DNA of 32,000 nt from Raphidiopsis brookii D9 (GTDB taxonomy: Bacteria; Cyanobacteriota; Cyanobacteriia; Cyanobacteriales; Nostocaceae): NCBI GenBank assembly GCA_000175855.1, contig ACYB01000042.1, positions 30,001-62,000 on the forward strand, read 5' to 3'. Positions 27,696-32,000 of this stretch are shown piece by piece. Within the stretch, counting starts at the first letter, position 1. The number at the start of each line of letters is the position of its first letter. Below the pieces are notes generated by a model that saw only the letters and a program-made list of their open reading frames with translations, searched no databases and had not been told where the DNA came from. The translations under genes and the position numbers were made by a program.

Positions 27696-29444
27696 ATGAA
27701 CATCTTAGGAATTAATGCCTATCATGGCGATGCTTCAGCATGTTTAATTAAAAATGGTCAATTAATAGCTGCAGTTGAAGAAGAAAGATTTAATCGAATT
27801 AAACACTGGGCAGGATTTCCAACCCAATCCATAAATTATTGTTTACAAATCGGCGGTATTCAGGGATCAGATCTAGATCATATAGCTCTATCATTCAATC
27901 CCAAAGCCAATCTCAACCGCAAACTATTATTCACCCTCAAACAAAGACCATCCCTAGGATCACTTTTAGACAGATTTAATAAACAAAGTAAATCAGCCAC
28001 CTTTCAACAAGAAATAGCCACCGCGTGCCATTGTCCCCCGGAAGAAATCAAAGCCACCATTCACACTCTAGAACACCATAGCACCCACTTAGCCAGTGGA
28101 TTCTTTACTTCTGGCTTTCAAACAGCGGCCATTCTTTCTGTTGACGGTATGGGGGACTTTGTCAGTACCCTATCAGCAGCAGGAGAAAATAATCAACTAC
28201 AATATTTTTCCCGCACCTATTTTCCCCACTCTCTTGGTTATTTATACAATGCCATAACTCTCTACCTGGGTTTTTCTGCTTATGGTGACGAATATAAAGT
28301 TATGGGACTAGCTCCTTACGGAGAACCAGAGTATTTAGATGCTTTTAGAAAAATTATCTATCCAACTGAAACCAGTTTTGAATTAAATCTAGACTATTTT
28401 ATCCATCATCAGCACGGTATTGCCATGAAATGGGATGATGGTGCCCCTAAGGTTGAACCTTTCCACAGTGAAGAACTGGAAAAATTACTAGGTCCTGCAA
28501 GAAGACCAAATTCCGAGGTTACATCCAAACATCAAAATATTGCAGCATCCTTACAAGCAGCTACGGAAGAAATAATTTTTCATCTACTCAATCAATTATA
28601 CAAAGTTTACCCTTCACCAAATCTTTGTTTAACCGGTGGTGTAGCCATGAACTCTGTAGCTAATGGTAAAGTAACTCAAAACACCCCCTTTGAGAACCTA
28701 TACATTCCCATAGGTGCAGCAGACAACGGTACTTGTATAGGAGCAGGATTTTTTGTTTGGCATCAGATTCTAAAACAACCTCGTCAATTTGTGATGAATC
28801 ATGCCTATTGGGGATCAGAGTTTTCCGATCAGGAATACTTATCAGCATTGGAATACTACAGTAAACACCACCCATTACAATTCAAAAAACTGGAAAGAGC
28901 GGACTTATTGAATCATGTAGTCGAGTCTATTTGTCAGAGTAAAGTAATAGGTTGGTTTCAGGGAAGAATGGAATTTGGAGCTAGAGCATTGGGCAATAGA
29001 TCTTTAATTGCCGATCCCCGTCGTGCTGACATGAGGGACATAATCAACTTAAAAATTAAATTTCGAGAGAAGTTCCGTCCCTTTGCGCCCAGTATTTTAG
29101 AAGAGCAGGTCAAGGAATATTTTGAGATTGGCGAATCAGCACCTTTCATGGAAAAAGTATTCAAAGTAGTTCCTGAGAAAAGAGCAAAAATTCCGGCAGT
29201 AACCCATGTGGATGGTACTGGGCGGTTACAAACGGTTAGTTATAGGACTAATCCTTTATATTGGGATTTAATTAACACTTTTTTCCAACGTACGGGGATT
29301 CCTATGATTTTGAACACATCCTTAAATGAGAATGAGCCAATAGTTAGAACACCAGAGCAAGCTATAGAGTGTTTTATTAGAACCAGTATGGATGCTTTAG
29401 TTTTAGGGTCTTACTGGGTTAGTAGATTGGATAGGATTTCCTAG
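27696..29444 (+). CDS. Carbamoyltransferase (NodU/CmcH family)
   Basis: MNILGINAYHGDASACLIKNGQLIAAVEEERFNRIKHWAGFP is the hallmark N-terminus. The C-terminal domain has GRMEFGARALGNRSLIADPR and TSLNENEPIV. The size is 582 aa. Confidence 0.9.
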   Translation: MNILGINAYHGDASACLIKNGQLIAAVEEERFNRIKHWAGFPTQSINYCLQIGGIQGSDLDHIALSFNPKANLNRKLLFTLKQRPSLGSLLDRFNKQSKSATFQQEIATACHCPPEEIKATIHTLEHHSTHLASGFFTSGFQTAAILSVDGMGDFVSTLSAAGENNQLQYFSRTYFPHSLGYLYNAITLYLGFSAYGDEYKVMGLAPYGEPEYLDAFRKIIYPTETSFELNLDYFIHHQHGIAMKWDDGAPKVEPFHSEELEKLLGPARRPNSEVTSKHQNIAASLQAATEEIIFHLLNQLYKVYPSPNLCLTGGVAMNSVANGKVTQNTPFENLYIPIGAADNGTCIGAGFFVWHQILKQPRQFVMNHAYWGSEFSDQEYLSALEYYSKHHPLQFKKLERADLLNHVVESICQSKVIGWFQGRMEFGARALGNRSLIADPRRADMRDIINLKIKFREKFRPFAPSILEEQVKEYFEIGESAPFMEKVFKVVPEKRAKIPAVTHVDGTGRLQTVSYRTNPLYWDLINTFFQRTGIPMILNTSLNENEPIVRTPEQAIECFIRTSMDALVLGSYWVSRLDRIS

Positions 29445-29448
29445 CACT

Positions 29449-29721
29449 AGTATTAATATTACTCACGACCAGCGTTTTGACGGTAAAAGTACTTATACTT
29501 TTGCCAAACTCTGGAAACTGGCTAGTGAAACAATTATCGTCTACTCGGATAAACCGCTGGGTTCATCAATTAGGTTAGGATTTATTATTTCTGTTCACAT
29601 AGCAGTTTTTTGTAATGTTGCAGGTGGAACAGAAGGGATTATGATTAATGATTTTTCCGGATTAGCGTTTAGCATACTAAGTCCGGTAGAGCCGAAAAAA
29701 CTTTGTGCGATCGCAGTTTAA
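29449..29721 (+). pseudogene. 3' fragment of a GT2 (polyprenyl-phosphate glycosyltransferase-like) gene
   Basis: The frame reads ITHDQRFDGKSTYTFAKLWKLASETIIVYSDKPLGSSIRLGFIISV.... It matches the xxRxxGxSxYxxxKLxxLAxxxIxxxSxxPL segment near the C-terminus of ArnC/DPM1-like GT2 enzymes. The catalytic N-terminal domain is missing. Confidence 0.5.
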
Positions 29722-29780
29722 GGGAGTGGATTAAGAAAAAAGTAATTAACCCACTATTTTCCCGTGTTTTATATATCAGT

Positions 29781-30829
29781 CTAATTTTGAGTTTGATGCT
29801 GTAAAAAGCGATTCTCTGCCAGCTGTTTTGATGCAGTTAATGGAGGAACATTATATTCTTTAGAAATGGCAAATACCTGTTTTAAAGTATTATATATATT
29901 CCTGACCCTTGCCAAGGAACTTTCTTCACTTAGACCTATCATGCCATCGTAAACATTGATTAAACCTCCAGCATTAATTACATAATCTGGACAATAGACT
30001 ATATTTCTATCTGCTAATAGCTGACTATCTAATTCCTCATTCTCTAATTGATTGTTGGCTGCTCCTGCAATAATATTAGCTTGCAATTTGGGAATGGTGC
30101 GACTATTAATTATTCCTCCTAAAGCACAGGGAGCAAATATATCAACATCTAATTCATAAATTTCTTCCACATCTACAATATTTACCGGATATAACCTCTC
30201 AACTTCTGCCAGTTTATGATTAGATATATCACTGACAAAAATTTCCACTTCCTGGTGGGATAAAATTTCGCAAAGGTTTTTACCCACGTTGCCTACTCCT
30301 TGAATAGCCACTTTTAAACCCTGGAGATTTTTCTTTCCCCAGTAGAAATCTACTGCTGCTTTCATCCCTGCTTCTACTCCCACTGCGGTAGGATAGCTAG
30401 AACCACCGTATGTGGATATTAAGCCAACCATGTAGGGTGTTTTTCACCTATTTTATGGGCATCTTCCCAGGAAATATTTACATCTTGTCCAGTAATAAAA
30501 CTCCCTCTAAAACTATTGATAAAACTCCCGTATGCACTAAATAACTTATTATTTTTCTGTTCTGGATCGGCTATAATTACTGCTTTACCACCACCCATGG
30601 GAATATTGGCACAAGCTGCTTTATAGGTCATGGAATAACTCAAGCGCAGGGCATCCTTGAGAGCATCTTCTTCTGTGGAATATGGCAATAATCTTGTCCC
30701 CCCTAGGGCTACCCCCGAACCTAAATTAGTATTGTGGATGGCGACAATAGCTTTCAATCCTGATTCCTGGTCATAACAGAATGTTACTTGCTTGTGTCCC
30801 ATTTCAGCAATTTTTAAAAATATTTCCAT
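29781..30829 (-). pseudogene. Leu/Phe/Trp dehydrogenase family (Glu/Leu/Phe/Val dehydrogenase superfamily), split by a 1-nt frameshift
   Basis: The N-terminal part (30829-30419) has MEIF...GLKAIVAIHNT..GGTRLLPY...DALRLS.SMTYKAA.ANIPMGGGKAVI, including the catalytic Lys block. The C-terminal part (30431-29781) has VAIQGVGNVGKNL (Rossmann GxGxxG) and APCALGG...AGAANNQL...YCPDYVINAGG. The frames meet at a T5 run (30440-30444; A5 on the coding strand). One extra A gives ...HKIGEKTPYMVGLISTYGGS.... Confidence 0.8.
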
Positions 30830-30876
30830 GGTATTTCCCTCCGTGGATTAACATCTAAAGCTCCCCTAATTGTGTT

Positions 30877-32000
30877 TTATTTCAAAATTTGAGTAAATAG
30901 GGTTTTTAGTCTTTGTAAAGCTGGTGAAATATCATCTGCAGAAATTCTCACATCTAAAATGCTAAAATTTTCACTTTCTTTGGCTATACTTAAGGCTCTT
31001 CTGAGTTCTAATCCTGTACGAATTACAAAGCCATTGCCTCCCAAAACTTTAGCCAAATCACCATAGTCAATTGTACTAATATTTAGGAATTCCGCATTCT
31101 CATGTCCCATAGCCCTTAAGGAAGCAAATGAACTATTATTAATAATAATTACTATGGGGTTCATTCCCAGTCTTTTAGCTGTTAATAGTTCCATTCCTGT
31201 CATTTGGAATGCACCATCACCTACTAATGCCAACACCCGACGAAAGGGATCCGCTAATTGGGCACCTATTATTGCCGGAATGGCAAAACCCATGCTGGCA
31301 TAAAAAGCAGGAGCTAAATAGCTTGTTCCCTGTTTGGTTTGAATATCATCTGCTGCAAATAAACTGTCTCCTACATCTGTGATCATTATGGTTTTATGAT
31401 CAATGAATTGATTAATTTCATAAATTAATCCACCCATAGATATATTATCTACGTTCTCCTCCACTCGCGGGTGCATCCTATAAGTATTTGGGAATTGAAA
31501 ATGTGGTAAATGGGGATTTTTTAATAGTCCCGTAATGAAGTCGATAAATAAAATGTTCTGATATTCATGATGTTTAATGGCAATCCGTTCTGAAGTGGCA
31601 GATATGGTATGTTTTTGGTTAATATGGGCGGTAAACATTCCTAGGTTAATATCTGTCATGAATACCCCTAACATTAATAAACAGTCGGATTCTTCCACTA
31701 TTTTGTTAATATTTTTGTCTCCCGCTTCACCATTGTAAATGCCTAGATATTGGGGATGGGTTTCAGGAAACACTGATTTTCCCAACATGGTGGCACAAAT
31801 CGGTACACCCAATTTTTCTGCAAGTGCTAACAGTTGTACTTGTAACCCAAAACGATGTACTTCCACACCCGCTACAATTACTGGTGATTTGGCTTTTTCT
31901 AGTATTTCTAATGTTTCCGATACGGCCTCGTTTAAGCTATCTATATCCGTGTGCTTTACTGGTACTCTTTCATAATCCACTTCCGGTAACTCCGCGTACA
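30877..32000 (-). CDS. Thiamine-diphosphate-dependent enzyme (PDC/IPDC/ALS superfamily), middle and C-terminal domains; 5' end outside the window
   Basis: The ThDP-binding motif is GDGAFQMTGMELLTAKRLGMNPIVIIINN (GDG-X24-NN). The middle domain (AKSPVIVAGVEV...LGIYNGEAGDKNINKIVEESDCLLMLGVFMTDINLGMFT) is collinear with pyruvate/indolepyruvate decarboxylases. The frame stays open upstream of the tracked GTG (…YAELPEV-DYERV) to the window edge. Confidence 0.8.
   Translation of the reverse strand, partial: YAELPEVDYERVPVKHTDIDSLNEAVSETLEILEKAKSPVIVAGVEVHRFGLQVQLLALAEKLGVPICATMLGKSVFPETHPQYLGIYNGEAGDKNINKIVEESDCLLMLGVFMTDINLGMFTAHINQKHTISATSERIAIKHHEYQNILFIDFITGLLKNPHLPHFQFPNTYRMHPRVEENVDNISMGGLIYEINQFIDHKTIMITDVGDSLFAADDIQTKQGTSYLAPAFYASMGFAIPAIIGAQLADPFRRVLALVGDGAFQMTGMELLTAKRLGMNPIVIIINNSSFASLRAMGHENAEFLNISTIDYGDLAKVLGGNGFVIRTGLELRRALSIAKESENFSILDVRISADDISPALQRLKTLFTQILK

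Noticed and set aside
741-31975. Numerous short ORFs from the track: 741-995+, 5058-5333-, 5817-6020-, 6005-6187-, 6256-6438-, 6269-6493-, 6607-6930-, 6915-7301-, 8537-8731-, 9978-10196-, 10336-10551-, 12484-12807-, 12572-12772-, 16361-16582-, 17565-17996-, 18429-18671-, 19672-19860-, 21867-22073+, 24989-25186-, 28660-28875-, 28958-29164-, 31739-31975+
   Set aside because: Each is antisense to, or an alternative frame within, a longer ORF that carries clear family motifs, or lies in intergenic DNA. Their translations are low-complexity or Cys/Arg-rich nonsense with no recognisable motif, and they lack plausible ribosome-binding sites.
1-32000. Search for CRISPR arrays, tRNA/rRNA genes, and tandem or long direct repeats
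   Set aside because: I saw no repeat-spacer periodicity, no cloverleaf-compatible segments and no rRNA-like conserved blocks. The only repeats found are HIP1 octamers, the IS630 inverted repeats, the 10-bp AGGGGTTTTG pair and a 15-bp coding tandem in wzc.

Overview
The window looks like a cyanobacterial chromosome segment, probably Nostocales-like. It is low in GC by eye and carries 16 copies of the HIP1 octamer GCGATCGC. About 27.5 kb (1943-29444) is a co-directional, plus-strand exopolysaccharide locus of the Wzy/Wzc type. It holds at least 10 glycosyltransferase genes (GT2 and GT4/GT-B), a Wzc-like co-polymerase/tyrosine autokinase and a Wzy-like polymerase. It also holds a putative pyruvyl transferase, a SAM methyltransferase, an AsnB-like amidotransferase and a NodU/CmcH carbamoyltransferase. 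No Wza/OPX, Wzx flippase or priming transferase is recognisable. Directly downstream of wzc sits an unassigned two-gene module behind a perfect consensus promoter: a signal-peptide protein with a Gly-rich, beta-barrel-like C-terminal domain, and a secreted S/T/P/Q-rich protein. An IS630-family element with TA target duplication, plus a DUF29 gene, interrupts the locus. The left flank has a HAD hydrolase and a NurA-like gene on the minus strand. The right flank has a minus-strand ThDP-enzyme gene followed by a Leu/Trp-dehydrogenase-family gene, which is the ScyA->ScyB gene order. The most unusual property is heavy gene erosion. I count at least 10 single-nucleotide frame lesions, almost all in homopolymer runs. 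They include one compensated double frameshift and one start-codon loss. At least five orphan gene fragments are also present. All function calls rest on motif recognition from memory, because no database search was possible.
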